A program made the position numbers and the translations under genes. Shown here in pieces: positions 1 to 10,137 of a stretch of 64,000 nucleotides of DNA. This DNA comes from an uncultured delta proteobacterium (GTDB taxonomy: Bacteria > Desulfobacterota > Desulfobacteria > Desulfobacterales > JAFDCJ01), in assembly GCA_963769935.1 (NCBI GenBank), contig CAVYNY010000020.1:384001-448000 (forward strand), read 5' to 3'. The notes under the pieces are model-generated. The model saw only the letters and a list, made by a program, of their open reading frames with translations. It ran no database searches and had not been told where the DNA came from. The number at the start of each line of letters is the position of its first letter. The stretch's first letter is position 1.

Positions 1-954
1 GGCGCCGCCGACACAGGCATTATTCGCTACTTCGGCTGAAAGAACCCCCGTAATTTCGCCTTTGCCGAATCTTTCCGGGTGCTTGGAGGTATTCTTGGCG
101 GCGCCGTAGGACACCCAGGCGGCGATGTCTTCACCGATACCCGGAACCGCGCCGATGCCGACGCCGATCAGGGCGGAACGGATAATCTTGGGGATGTTGC
201 GGACAATCGTTCCGAATTCCGGTAAAATGCGCTGGAATTTTTGAGTTTCACCGATGATGAAACGGTCTTTGAGAACCTGAATTATCTGAGGGATGCCGAA
301 GGCGCCGATCAGCACCGGCACCACTTCAATACCGCTGTCAAGATCGGAAAGTCCAAAGGTAAAGCGTGGGAAGAACTGCAGCCGGTCGCGCCCGACACAG
401 GCCAGAAAAAGTCCCAGAAATCCTGATATCCAACCCTTGATGACCAGATCCGGACTGGTCAATGTGCCGCTGATGAGAATCCCGAAAAAGGCCAGGAGAA
501 AAAACTCAAAGGATGTAAATTGAAGGGCAAAAAAGGAAATAATTGGTGAAACGCTCACCACAAAGAGCATGCTGATCAGGGTCCCGATGGCCGACGAAGT
601 GGTTGTCAGACCGATGGCGCGGCCGCCTTCGCCTTTGAGCGCCAGCGGATAACCGTCCAGGGCGGTGGCCGCGGAAGCCGCGGTGCCGGGGATATTGATG
701 AGGATGGAGGCATAGGAGCCGCCGTAAGTGCCGCCGACATAGATGGACAACAGGCACAACATGGCTGTTTCCGCGTCCATGCCGTAGGTCAAAGCCGTTA
801 ACAGGGCTACGCCAAGGGTTGAGGTCAGACCCGGCATGGCGCCGAATATAATCCCCAGCAGCACGGAGCCGAGCAGAATCGCGAGGTGAAGCGGATCCGC
901 CGCAAGATGAAAGACGGTTTGAAAATAAAACCCCAGTCGTTCAATGAACACCAT
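1..954 (-). CDS. tctA: Tripartite tricarboxylate transporter large permease TctA (runs off window start)
   Basis: Manual minus-strand translation from ATG at 954: MVFIERLGF...GAMPGLT...YGGSYASILINIPGTAASAATALDGYP...GAVPGIGEDIAAWVSY...AEVANNA, which are TctA motifs; follows tctB/tctC. Confidence 0.92.
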   Translation of the reverse strand, partial: MVFIERLGFYFQTVFHLAADPLHLAILLGSVLLGIIFGAMPGLTSTLGVALLTALTYGMDAETAMLCLLSIYVGGTYGGSYASILINIPGTAASAATALDGYPLALKGEGGRAIGLTTTSSAIGTLISMLFVVSVSPIISFFALQFTSFEFFLLAFFGILISGTLTSPDLVIKGWISGFLGLFLACVGRDRLQFFPRFTFGLSDLDSGIEVVPVLIGAFGIPQIIQVLKDRFIIGETQKFQRILPEFGTIVRNIPKIIRSALIGVGIGAVPGIGEDIAAWVSYGAAKNTSKHPERFGKGEITGVLSAEVANNACVGGA

Positions 955-967
955 AGACTTTTTCCCC

Positions 968-1732
968 TTAGAATTCGAAGTACCGGAAATAATCCAGAAC
1001 GGTCACAATCAGACCTTCCGTCGGCATCGGTACCAACAGAAAATACTTAAAGATCGGGCCGATGATGAAAGGCGCCGCGACGGCTACGATTAAACTGGTC
1101 CGAAACTTTTTGCGCAGCGGCGGGCGGGAACGGATCAAAGTCCAGGCATAGATGCAGTAAGCAAGGATAAAGCAGATGGCTAAGATGTCACCGGCAAAAG
1201 GCACAATCCGGCCCAGCGCCCCATCGAGCCCGGATGCAAAATAGACGATCAGCGCGCCGACCCCGGCCAGGTAGAAAAAAAACAGTTTTTTCAACAGCTG
1301 ATCGTCATCAAAGTAAAACATGGTGATAAAGACCATTAGAAAAAGAATCGCACTGAGGAAGAAGTCAATCCGCGGGATGGTGAGGTAGACCAGTGACAGA
1401 AATAAAACGGCGATGGCATAAAACCGGATAATCGAGTCGCTGATTAAGAACTGCAAGAGATCCCTGCTCCCAAACCAGCGGACGGTTTCAATAAATGCTT
1501 TTTTGCCCGCTATTTTCAATGCGGTCCTAGTGAGCAGCGCCCCCAGCAGCATTATGACGCCGCCGACAAACAGCGGGAAAAGAGCCGGTGAAACGTACCA
1601 GACGTTCTGAACTCCCCCCCAGCTGTCCTTCATGGGCATTTCAGATGACATTAGAACAATAAAAAGACCGAACAGAAATATAACCAGGCCCGAATAAATA
1701 TCCGCCTTGCGCAGTTTATCTTTCTCCAGCAT
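968..1732 (-). CDS. tctB: TctB-like small membrane subunit (long variant)
   Basis: Multi-TM protein with SPALFP and FKYFLLVPMP motifs between tctC and tctA; start taken at MLEKDK (ATG 1732). Confidence 0.75.
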   Translation of the reverse strand: MLEKDKLRKADIYSGLVIFLFGLFIVLMSSEMPMKDSWGGVQNVWYVSPALFPLFVGGVIMLLGALLTRTALKIAGKKAFIETVRWFGSRDLLQFLISDSIIRFYAIAVLFLSLVYLTIPRIDFFLSAILFLMVFITMFYFDDDQLLKKLFFFYLAGVGALIVYFASGLDGALGRIVPFAGDILAICFILAYCIYAWTLIRSRPPLRKKFRTSLIVAVAAPFIIGPIFKYFLLVPMPTEGLIVTVLDYFRYFEF

Positions 1733-1800
1733 GATCGTCGCACCCTGTTGAACGTTTTTGGTTATCAAACGAATAACTAATGTCTGACATAACGATGCCG

Positions 1801-1832
1801 GAAAGCCGGGTACCGGTTCGTACCCGGCTTTC
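1801..1832. terminator. Perfect 13-bp hairpin between tctC and tctB (partial terminator or mRNA stabiliser)
   Basis: GAAAGCCGGGTAC-cggttc-GTACCCGGCTTTC. Confidence 0.5.
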
Positions 1833-1847
1833 TTCCGATGGTTCAAT

Positions 1848-2855
1848 TTACGGTTTGGGAATACCCAGTGAAGCCGGATCTACTTTGGCGGCCTTGAGTT
1901 CCCACAGGGTCCAGGCAAACAGCGATTCCAGGTTGTTAAATATTTTCTTGGCCTCTTCACCGGTGGCACCGGAGATCAGGTAATAATTTTCTTTGGCCCA
2001 ATTTTTCATCTTGTCGGTTGCCATGGCCTTTTTGAAGGCATCGACCAGGACTGCCTTGACGTCGGCCGGTGTGTCGGCGGGCACGGCCATGCCGATGGCC
2101 TGCGAAATCGGCAGATACTTTGCCAGGCCGGGATAAGCGTCGAAGGCGGAAGGTATTGAACCCAATCCTTCAACCGCAAATGAATCCGGAATCAGCATGG
2201 CCAAAGGGCGCAGTTTGCCGCCGCGCAGCAATTGCTGCTGTTCCGCCAGGGAGGTAACCACCAGGGATACTTCGCCGGCCATGGCCGCATTCTGGCTGGG
2301 TGCCGAACCGGTGTAAGGAATATAATTAAACTTTGCGCCCGATCCGTTTTCCAGGGCCAGCAGGTTCAGGTGGTGAATTGAACCGGCTGCACTGGCGCCC
2401 GCTTTGATGCTGTTCGGTGCCTTTTTGGCTGCTTCAATCAAATCCGTCAAGGTTTTGTAGGGTGTGTCGGGGGTGACTGAAATGATATCCGGTGAGCCGC
2501 CTACGATGAAATAATCCCAGACGTCCATTCTTTCATTCCATCCGCCCTGGACGCCGGCGGTAACGCAGGATTCAGATAAACCGCACAGCGTATATCCGTC
2601 GTGGGGTCTCTTATAGGCAAAACTCATCCCGACGGAACCGCCGACGCCGCCGGTCTTGTTAATCACGTTGATGTTTTTGCCCAGGAACTTGGCCATTTCG
2701 GCACTAGCGATCCGGTTGCAGGTGTCTGTTCCACCGCCTGCCGACCAGACGACCACGTTCGTGATGTCCCTTTTGGGGAAACCCTTGCTCGCGGCATATA
2801 CACCGGTTGCCGCAGCCAGAAGCGCAATCAAGCATATGACAAGAATCTTTTTCAT
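1848..2855 (-). CDS. tctC: Tripartite tricarboxylate transporter substrate-binding protein (TctC/Bug)
   Basis: Signal peptide MKKILVICL; WSAGGGTD, NKTGGVGG, DGYTL and IPYTGS motifs; GGAGGA RBS. Confidence 0.9.
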   Translation of the reverse strand: MKKILVICLIALLAAATGVYAASKGFPKRDITNVVVWSAGGGTDTCNRIASAEMAKFLGKNINVINKTGGVGGSVGMSFAYKRPHDGYTLCGLSESCVTAGVQGGWNERMDVWDYFIVGGSPDIISVTPDTPYKTLTDLIEAAKKAPNSIKAGASAAGSIHHLNLLALENGSGAKFNYIPYTGSAPSQNAAMAGEVSLVVTSLAEQQQLLRGGKLRPLAMLIPDSFAVEGLGSIPSAFDAYPGLAKYLPISQAIGMAVPADTPADVKAVLVDAFKKAMATDKMKNWAKENYYLISGATGEEAKKIFNNLESLFAWTLWELKAAKVDPASLGIPKP

Positions 2856-2949
2856 TGTGGAATCCTCCTCCTTTATAGATGTTTTAGTCATTTTTTCAGG
2901 ACCTTACGGTCCTCACCCGAATGGTGTGCCTGCCAAGTTTCTTTGCGAA

Positions 2950-3678
2950 CTAATTGGTTTTTGAATCGCATCCCTCCCCTCGTAAAGGCGTGCACCGCTG
3001 CCCGTTAATTTCACGTCTGATATGGGCGAGTGATTTTTTAAAATGCAGGCGCATCAACTCTTCGGCAGCCTCGGAATTCCGCCTGCTGATGGCCTTGATT
3101 ACCGCGAGATGTTCTGGAATCGTTTCATTGGGCGGTCTTATCAGACCCTCGGAATTCAGGATCTGATAGCTGAAGCTGATAATATTGGTTGTCTGTAAAA
3201 TGCTTTTTAAAAATTCCTTGGCACCGACATCGATTACGAAATTATGAAATTGCCGGTCTTCGCGGGCATAGGCTTTCACATCTGAAATATTTGTCTGCCC
3301 GGCAAACTGCTCGAAAAAAATGCTTAGTTTTTTGATCTGAGAATCCGTGATTTTGGCTGCCGCGCGCCGGGCTGCGAGCCCCTCCAGGACTTCACGCAGT
3401 TCGAAAATGGAGGCCATCTCTTCTTTGGAAAAGAGCCGCACAAAAAAACCGCGGCGGGGAATCGATTCAACCAGTTTCTCCTGTTCGAGAAACTTGAGGG
3501 CGCCGACCAGGGGGGTTCGGCTGATCCCCAATTCCCGGGCCAATTTTTCCTGAGGAATTTTCGCCCCGGGTAAAAGTTTGCGTTCAATAATCAAATTCTT
3601 GAGAATCGTGTAAGCCTTTTGGTCAAGATTCTCATGCTGCGCGCCTAAGTTAATCATCCGATTGACTCTTCTGCTCAC
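2950..3678 (-). CDS. GntR family regulator (FCD domain)
   Basis: wHTH LARELGISRTP, FELREVLEG and C-terminal EHLAVIKAI...MRLH; start may be 3657. Confidence 0.92.
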   Translation of the reverse strand: MSRRVNRMINLGAQHENLDQKAYTILKNLIIERKLLPGAKIPQEKLARELGISRTPLVGALKFLEQEKLVESIPRRGFFVRLFSKEEMASIFELREVLEGLAARRAAAKITDSQIKKLSIFFEQFAGQTNISDVKAYAREDRQFHNFVIDVGAKEFLKSILQTTNIISFSYQILNSEGLIRPPNETIPEHLAVIKAISRRNSEAAEELMRLHFKKSLAHIRREINGQRCTPLRGEGCDSKTN

Positions 3679-3739
3679 TTCGATTCGAGGGGTTATTTAA
3701 ATGAGTTGCAAAAAAAAGGGGTATGAAATTGAATATTGA

Positions 3740-3755
3740 ATTTTGTATGCAAAAT
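3740..3755. promoter_or_regulatory. Putative GntR operator
   Basis: Near-palindrome ATTTTGTATGCAAAAT upstream of the gntR gene, resembling TTGTATACAA-type GntR sites. Confidence 0.5.
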
Positions 3756-3955
3756 CCAGTACTGTTTCAGCAGCGTCTTGTCAAGAAGAAATTTTAAGAA
3801 AAACTCCGGTTGAGATTCGGCCGTATTAGAGATAAGGTAGCAAATGGAGGGTACAAATGATATTTAACAAACAGGCAACAAAAATTAATAATGCCTAAGG
3901 ACTGTTAAAATAGGCATTTGATCTTTATTTTCATTATTATCGGAGGCAACGACAA

Positions 3956-4498
3956 GTGATCACCAGAAAACAGAAAATAGCAGCCCAAAAAAAAGCCGCT
4001 GAATTGATTCGGCAGGCAGGCATTACCCTATCGGCTGCGGAAGCCGACAGTATCGAAGTCGCGGACTTTGGATTGAGCAGTCTTGACAAGGAAGGCATTC
4101 AGGTGCTCACCCTGGTTCAAACGGAGCGAATCAGTGTCAAAGTGCTGGCGCTGTTTCCAAATCAAACCGAACCCGAGCACTGGCATCCTCCGGTGGGTGA
4201 CGATCCGGGCAAAGAAGAAACGATCCGGGTGATTGCAGGTACGGTTTATTTTTATGTGCCGGGAGAAGATACTTTTAAGGAGGGCTTTATCGTGGCCGAC
4301 AAGGCTGATTGCTATACCATGCGCAAAGAGATTGTCATGAAGCCCTGCGATCAATTGACCCTGGCCCCGGGAGAAAAACACTGGTTTCAGGCGCGGGCGG
4401 AGGGCGCCGTGATGTACAGCTTTTCCACAATTGCCCGGGATGCGCTGGATCAGTTTACCGACCCGGGTATTGAGAGGATTACGAAGGTTGTGGATTAG
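3956..4498 (+). CDS. D-lyxose/D-mannose isomerase family cupin (YdaE-like)
   Basis: VADFGL, QTEPEHWHPP..GKEET and PGEKHWFQA motifs; GTG start after GGAGG. Confidence 0.85.
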   Translation: MITRKQKIAAQKKAAELIRQAGITLSAAEADSIEVADFGLSSLDKEGIQVLTLVQTERISVKVLALFPNQTEPEHWHPPVGDDPGKEETIRVIAGTVYFYVPGEDTFKEGFIVADKADCYTMRKEIVMKPCDQLTLAPGEKHWFQARAEGAVMYSFSTIARDALDQFTDPGIERITKVVD

Positions 4499-4499
4499 A

Positions 4500-4773
4500 T
4501 GACAGAGAACGGATGACAGAAGACAGAAGACAGAACAAAGGTTTCAGTTGTCAGCGAGAAAAAACCCATGGCGCCTGAGTGTAAAGAGGACCGAGCTCAG
4601 AGGACATAGGAAAGAAGGTGAGAGTTAGGGAAGGCGAGGAAGAAGTCCGCAATTCGAACGCGTATTACCATTCACCTTTAGCCTTTATCCTTTTGCCTAT
4701 CACCTCTCAACGATCCAAATTTATCCCGTTAAACCTTTTTGTTTTTGTTTAACTGGGACGATCCTAACCAACT
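4500..4773. repeat. Dispersed intergenic element family A, copy 1
   Basis: GACAGA heptad run, CCTTTAGCCTTTATCC run, and core ACGATCCAAATTTATCCCGTTAAACC..GTTTAACTGGGACGATCC shared with 32.3-32.6 kb and 36.3-36.6 kb. Confidence 0.85.
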
Positions 4774-4790
4774 TAAGAAGGCAGAAAAAT

Positions 4791-5639
4791 ATGGAACCAA
4801 TCAACGCCAGCAGAAAAATTATCGTGGCCGTCGCACCGGTGGGCAGAGACATAAACCCGCCGTCGGTCAATCCGCTTACGCCCGAAGAAGTCGCCCATGA
4901 GGTAATTGCCTGCAGCCGGGCCGGTGCAAGCTTTGTACACTTGCATGTGCGGGATGATAAAGGCAACCAGACCGATGACCCGACTCATTTTTCACGGACC
5001 CTTGATCTTATCAGAGCATCATCCGAGATCATCATCCAGGGATCCACCGGCGGCTTGTCGTCACTCTCCCTGGAAGAGCGGTGCGTGTCTCTGAACGATC
5101 CGCGGGTAGAGGTTGCGTCTTTGAATATGGGGTCGGTGAATTTCGGCGAAGATGTCTATGTCAACCGAATGCCTGACATCCGTTACTGGGCGCACAGGAT
5201 GCAGGAAACAAATGTTATTCCCGAACTGGAAATATTTGAAGCCGGTATGCTGACGGCCGTCATCAAACTGGTGGATGAACAAGTTTTGAAACCACCTTTT
5301 GCCTTCGGATTCTGTCTGGGGTTCCACTGGGCCCTGCCGGCTGATCCGGCCAGCCTGCTTTTTTTAAGGTCGCGGTTGCCCCGGGTTGCTCCCTGGGGCG
5401 TTGTCCATGAAAGCATGCAGGATTTCTCTTTGCTGGCTGCGGCCATCGGTATGGGGGCTACCGCTATCAGAGTCGGATTTGAGGACAGTGTTTTTTATGC
5501 GCCGGGCAAAGCGGCCGCCACCAATGCCGAACTGGTTGAAAAAATCGTGTCGCTCGTCCGACAGATCGGTTATGAAGTGGCGACGCCTGCGGAGGCCCGC
5601 GGTTTGCTCGGGCTTAAAGAGAAGGCCATAACTAAGTAG
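4791..5639 (+). CDS. Beta-keto acid cleavage enzyme (BKACE/DUF849)
   Basis: PLTPEEVA, GASFVHLHVRD, STGG, ASLNMGSVNF, PELEIF and RVGFED motifs. Confidence 0.92.
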   Translation: MEPINASRKIIVAVAPVGRDINPPSVNPLTPEEVAHEVIACSRAGASFVHLHVRDDKGNQTDDPTHFSRTLDLIRASSEIIIQGSTGGLSSLSLEERCVSLNDPRVEVASLNMGSVNFGEDVYVNRMPDIRYWAHRMQETNVIPELEIFEAGMLTAVIKLVDEQVLKPPFAFGFCLGFHWALPADPASLLFLRSRLPRVAPWGVVHESMQDFSLLAAAIGMGATAIRVGFEDSVFYAPGKAAATNAELVEKIVSLVRQIGYEVATPAEARGLLGLKEKAITK

Positions 5640-5738
5640 GCATAAGGCTGTCCATGCGAATTATCAGGATTTTACCTATTAGGAAATGGCTTGCGGAACA
5701 AGGCTCAAGGTGAAGGATAATTTTCGATATTCATTATT

Positions 5739-5891
5739 GATGAAGACGTAAAAAGCGGAGATTCCCGATTTTGCTGGATTCCCGCCTGCGCGGGAATGAC
5801 AGTTATGATATTAATATCGATTAGTTAAAACAGCCGCCATACCCGCGAAAGCGGGTATCCAGTCGTCAGAATGACTTTTTACGATATCATC
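5739..5891. repeat. MITE-like element containing an inverted pair of ATTCCC-N8-GGGAAT-type palindromes
   Basis: Imperfect TIRs GATGAAGACGTAAAAAG / CTTTTTACGATATCATC; inner CTGGATTCCCGCCTGCGCGGGAATGAC (5774-5800) and GCCATACCCGCGAAAGCGGGTATCCAG (5836-5862). Confidence 0.75.
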
Positions 5892-5989
5892 TTTCTTTCC
5901 GTGCTAACCGGCTGAAGTTTTTTATATTGCCTCTTTTAGCATCTTGTCTTAAATTCAAGTCAAATTCCAACAAATAAAGGAGGCCCAGC

Positions 5990-6454
5990 ATGGCAAAGAC
6001 GGTTGCAGAAATCCTGGATATGGCGATTGGCAGGGAGGAGGCGGCTTATGAATTTTACATGGACATTTTCAACAAAGTGGCAGATGCAAGTGTTAAGGAT
6101 ACCGTCCAGTTTATTGCCGGTGAAGAAAAGAAGCACAAAGCATTCCTGGTCGGCTACCGTGATGGAAATTACGGCGCCGACGCCTTGAGAATGGCCGATG
6201 TCGTCGACTATAAGGTCGCTGAATACCTCGAAGAACCGGAAATCGCGAATGATTCCTCCCGCGAGGAAATTTATCTGATTGCCGCCCACCGTGAAGCCCG
6301 ATCTCATCGTTTCTACTCGGAACTTGCCAACATGCACGCCGACGGCGAACTGAAAACAATGCTGTTGAAAATGTCCAACGAGGAATTGAAACATAAGGAA
6401 AAGATGGAGTATCTGTATGCCAATACCGCGTTTCCTCAGACCTCGGGAGGATAA
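5990..6454 (+). CDS. Ferritin-like/rubrerythrin-family diiron protein
   Basis: AIGREEAAYEFY, EEKKH, REARSHRFY and EELKH diiron pattern; GGAGG RBS. Confidence 0.88.
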   Translation: MAKTVAEILDMAIGREEAAYEFYMDIFNKVADASVKDTVQFIAGEEKKHKAFLVGYRDGNYGADALRMADVVDYKVAEYLEEPEIANDSSREEIYLIAAHREARSHRFYSELANMHADGELKTMLLKMSNEELKHKEKMEYLYANTAFPQTSGG

Positions 6455-6529
6455 GCACACGTTGTCGAGTTGGGTGGGCTTTGCTATCTTCCCAGGGCCT
6501 TGAGCTCAAGAACAATGAAGCGGAATCTT

Positions 6530-6670
6530 AAAATAACAAATCCCAAATTTCAAATATCAAACAAATCCCAATGACCTAAATTCAAAATACCAAACCAGGC
6601 GTGTTTCTGTCATTGAATATTGGTGCTTGGGTATTGTTTGTAATTTGGTGCTTGAAATTTGGGATTTTTC
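6530..6670. repeat. Heptad-periodic inverted repeat (CAAAT.. / ..ATTTG), family C
   Basis: AAATAACAAATCCCAAATTTCAAAT..CAATGACC arm opposite GTCATTG..GCTTGAAATTTGGGATTT; similar at 23815-23940 and a half copy at 59465-59540. Confidence 0.75.
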
Positions 6671-6743
6671 AAGTCCCGGGTTATGCGTTAAACTTTTCAG
6701 CACATGTTTTTCATGACTCACAACCCGGAACCCACATCCTACA

Positions 6744-7190
6744 TTATTCCGTTTCCACCGGTATCGTGGTGACCGGCACCGGTGAGTTTTTCAAAACCTT
6801 TTCCGTCACACTGCCGAAACGGAAATTGCCCTGGGCCCCATGACTGGCCATTACCACCAGGTCCACTTTCTCTTCGTCAATCAGTTTTAAAATTTCCTGG
6901 GCCGGGTCGCCTACCGCAATGTGTTTGACATACAAGGGGCAGCTGTCCAAATACTTTTCACAGACCTGCTCCAGCCGCTTTTTGGCGGATTTATCAGCCC
7001 ATTCCATCAGTTTGTCAATATGGGTTTTTTCGAATTCCCCATACCATCCCTCATGATGGGCAATGTCTTCGATAACATAGAGGACGTGGATTTCGGCGCC
7101 ATATTTTTGGGTCAGATCGGTTACATAGGGCAGCGCTTTTTCGGCACTGCTGGAAAAATCGGTCGGCCAGAGAACCTTCTTTACTTCCAT
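6744..7190 (-). CDS. Universal stress protein (UspA family)
   Basis: VLWPTDFS, GDPAQEI and DLVVMASHG...FGSVTEKV motifs. Confidence 0.93.
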   Translation of the reverse strand: MEVKKVLWPTDFSSSAEKALPYVTDLTQKYGAEIHVLYVIEDIAHHEGWYGEFEKTHIDKLMEWADKSAKKRLEQVCEKYLDSCPLYVKHIAVGDPAQEILKLIDEEKVDLVVMASHGAQGNFRFGSVTEKVLKNSPVPVTTIPVETE

Positions 7191-7202
7191 AAGAGTTTCT
7201 CC

Positions 7203-9128
7203 TTATTTCTTCTCGTCTTCTTTCACTTCTTCAAAATCCGCGTCGACCACATCTTCGTCGGGGGCCGCGCCGCCTGCATGGCCCGTGGATCCGGCGCCGG
7301 CGGATGCCTGCTGTTGAGCTGCAGATGCCTGCTGGTACATGGCTTCCGCCAGTTTATGGGAGGCATTGGTCAGCTCGTCGCTGAGCCGTTTAATCTCGGC
7401 GGCATCATCGCCTTCCATGGCTTTTTTCAAACCGGAGACCGCTTCTTCAACCTTGGCTTTCGTGCTGCTGTCGACTTTGCTGCCGAGTTCCTTAATGGAC
7501 TTTTCGGTTGAATAGATGAGCGCATCGGCCGAATTGCGTGCTTCAACCAGTTCGCGTTTCTTTTTGTCATCTTCCGCATGCATTTCGGCGTCTTTTACCA
7601 GATTGTTGATTTCTTCCTTGGACAAACCTGAGGATGCGGTGATCTGAATGGACTGTTCCTTGCCGGTGGCCTGGTCTTTGGCCGATACGTTGACGATTCC
7701 GTTGGCATCGATGTCAAAGGTAACTTCAATTTGAGGAATCCCCCTGGGAGCCGGGGGAATACCGACCAGCTCGAATCTTCCCAGGGTTTTATTGTTGGCG
7801 GCCATCTCGCGTTCACCCTGCAGTACATGGATGGATACTGCCGGCTGGCTGTCGGCGGCGGTTGAAAAAGTCTGGCTTTTTCTGGTCGGGATGGTCGTGT
7901 TTTTTTCAATCAGCTTGGTCATGACACCGCCCAGGGTTTCAATCCCCAGTGACAGTGGCGTGACATCAAGCAAAAGGACATCTTTGACATCGCCCTTTAA
8001 TACACCGCCCTGAATGGCCGCACCCAGGGCGACTACTTCATCCGGGTTTACCCCCCTGTGCGGCTCCTTGCCGAAAATCGCTTTGACCCGCTCCTGAACC
8101 GCCGGCATGCGGGTCATGCCGCCGACCAGTATAACCTCATCAATTTCGCCGGCCGATAAACCGGCGTCTTTCATGGCCATCCGGCAGGGATTTTCCAGTT
8201 TATCCAGCAAGGCGCCCACCACGGACTCGAGTTTGGCCCGCGAGATTTTGATGTTTAAATGTTTAGGACCGCTGGCATCGGCGGTGATAAAGGGAAGATT
8301 GACATCGGTTTCCATTGAGGTGGAAAGCTCCATTTTGGCTTTTTCAGCTGCTTCCTTCAAACGCTGCAGCGCCATTTTGTCGTTTCTTAGGTCAATACCC
8401 TGGTCCCTTTTAAATTCATCGGCCAGGTAATCGATGAGCCGCAGATCGAAGTCTTCACCGCCCAGGTGGGTGTCGCCGTTGGTGGCTTTAACTTCGAATA
8501 CTCCCTCGCCGATTTCGAGAATCGATATATCAAAAGTTCCGCCGCCAAGATCGAAGACGGCAATTTTTTCCTCCTTTTTTTTATCCAGGCCATAAGCCAA
8601 GGAGGCTGCCGTCGGCTCGTTGATGATTCTTAAAACATTGAGGCCCGCAATTTTACCGGCATCTTTGGTTGCCTGGCGCTGGCTGTCGTCGAAATAGGCC
8701 GGTACCGTAATTACCGCATCGGTCACCTTCTCACCAAGATATTGTTCGGCGGTATTTTTAATGTTGGCCAGAATAAAGGATGATATTTCTGCGGGACTGT
8801 ATTGTTTTCCTCTAATGCTTATGCGGACGTCGCCGTTGCCGGCCTGTTCAATCTTGTAAGGGAGAATTTTGATATCATTCTGCACCTCTCTGGTACCGAA
8901 CTTGCGACCAATCAGTCTTTTGACGGCGAATACCGTGTTCTCCGGATTCGTGATTGCCTGTCGTTTTGCAATTTGACCTACCAACCTCTCACCGCTTTCG
9001 TTGATGGCCACAATCGAGGGGGTTGTCCGGCCGCCCTCCGGATTTGTGATCACCGTTGCGTCGCCGCCTTCCATAATCGCCACGCATGAATTTGTGGTAC
9101 CGAGATCAATTCCGATTACCTTTGCCAT
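7203..9128 (-). CDS. dnaK: Chaperone DnaK
   Basis: [33 protein letters not shown]-terminal VVDADFEEV. Confidence 0.99.
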   Translation of the reverse strand: MAKVIGIDLGTTNSCVAIMEGGDATVITNPEGGRTTPSIVAINESGERLVGQIAKRQAITNPENTVFAVKRLIGRKFGTREVQNDIKILPYKIEQAGNGDVRISIRGKQYSPAEISSFILANIKNTAEQYLGEKVTDAVITVPAYFDDSQRQATKDAGKIAGLNVLRIINEPTAASLAYGLDKKKEEKIAVFDLGGGTFDISILEIGEGVFEVKATNGDTHLGGEDFDLRLIDYLADEFKRDQGIDLRNDKMALQRLKEAAEKAKMELSTSMETDVNLPFITADASGPKHLNIKISRAKLESVVGALLDKLENPCRMAMKDAGLSAGEIDEVILVGGMTRMPAVQERVKAIFGKEPHRGVNPDEVVALGAAIQGGVLKGDVKDVLLLDVTPLSLGIETLGGVMTKLIEKNTTIPTRKSQTFSTAADSQPAVSIHVLQGEREMAANNKTLGRFELVGIPPAPRGIPQIEVTFDIDANGIVNVSAKDQATGKEQSIQITASSGLSKEEINNLVKDAEMHAEDDKKKRELVEARNSADALIYSTEKSIKELGSKVDSSTKAKVEEAVSGLKKAMEGDDAAEIKRLSDELTNASHKLAEAMYQQASAAQQQASAGAGSTGHAGGAAPDEDVVDADFEEVKEDEKK

Positions 9129-9211
9129 TTGTCTTCCCTCCTTAACTTTATATCAGCAAACTTCCATCTTCTATCTTTAATCATCATTTCGAATTTTTCT
9201 GCGGATGATTG

Positions 9212-9844
9212 TCATCTTTTTTCTGTTGCGGACTTGGCAACCACCACCATGGACGGTCTCAGCAATCTGTCATGAATTAGATAGCCTTTCTGCAACTCTT
9301 TAACCACCGTATTTGCGGGAAAATCATCGGTTTCCTCCTGCATGACCGCCTCATGAAATGTGGGATCAAACGTCTGGCCCATGGCACTGAGCTGAGTGAC
9401 GTGAAATTTTTCAAAGACTTTCAATATTTCCCGATGGGTCATTTGCAACCCTTCCACCAGGCCTTTTTCAATGGTTTTCTGACCGTCCGTCGAATTCATC
9501 GCCAGTTCCAGATGGTCCACCACCGAAAGCATCTCCCTTATCAGCGACTGGTTCGAGTATTTTCGAATCTCCTCCATTTCCCGGGCGGTACGCTTTTTAT
9601 AATTATCAAACTCAGCTGAAACCCGTAAAAGACGGTCGTAATTTTCCTGAGCCTCCTGCTCTTTGGAGTTGAGCTTTTCCTCCAATTCCTTTATCGGATC
9701 CTGCGGCTGCGCCTCGTCCGCTTTTTGAGGTTCATCTTTATGGGCCTGGGGCTTTTTAACAATCGCTTCTGCCGCCGTATCATCTTTGTCGGCCCCCTCA
9801 GTATCAGAATCGGATTGGATCTTGATTATATTCTTTCCTGTCAT
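9212..9844 (-). CDS. grpE: Nucleotide exchange factor GrpE
   Basis: AEFDNYKKR, FDPTFHEAV, QKGY..HDRLLRPSMVVV; directly upstream of dnaK. Confidence 0.97.
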   Translation of the reverse strand: MTGKNIIKIQSDSDTEGADKDDTAAEAIVKKPQAHKDEPQKADEAQPQDPIKELEEKLNSKEQEAQENYDRLLRVSAEFDNYKKRTAREMEEIRKYSNQSLIREMLSVVDHLELAMNSTDGQKTIEKGLVEGLQMTHREILKVFEKFHVTQLSAMGQTFDPTFHEAVMQEETDDFPANTVVKELQKGYLIHDRLLRPSMVVVAKSATEKR

Positions 9845-9892
9845 TCCTGATTATCTTCTCCCGATGTTATTGGTTGCAATGATTGACTTGAA

Positions 9893-9920
9893 AGATAAGG
9901 CGGGTTGAAAGGTTGTCAAG
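9893..9920 (-). promoter_or_regulatory. Possible RpoH (sigma32)-type promoter for grpE-dnaK
   Basis: Minus strand CTTGAC-N14-CCTTATCT, resembling CTTGAA..CCCCAT. Confidence 0.4.
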
Positions 9921-10137
9921 ATGGTAATAGCAAGGTTTTATAAGGTAAAATGGCCGGCAGGCAATCAGTTGATTATTCAAATTCAGGTTCTGAATTTCAC
10001 TCAACAGAGTGTCGGGGTGCGAGTCTTTCGATTGTGGATTGTGGATTGCAGATTTCGGATTTGGAAATATGCGGTTAAATAGATGATTGGGTTAATTAAG
10101 CGGTGTGCACTTGAATTCCGAAATCCGCCATGGGGAG

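Noticed and set aside
9845..10130. CIRCE element
   Set aside because: No TTAGCACTC-N9-GAGTGCTAA match seen.
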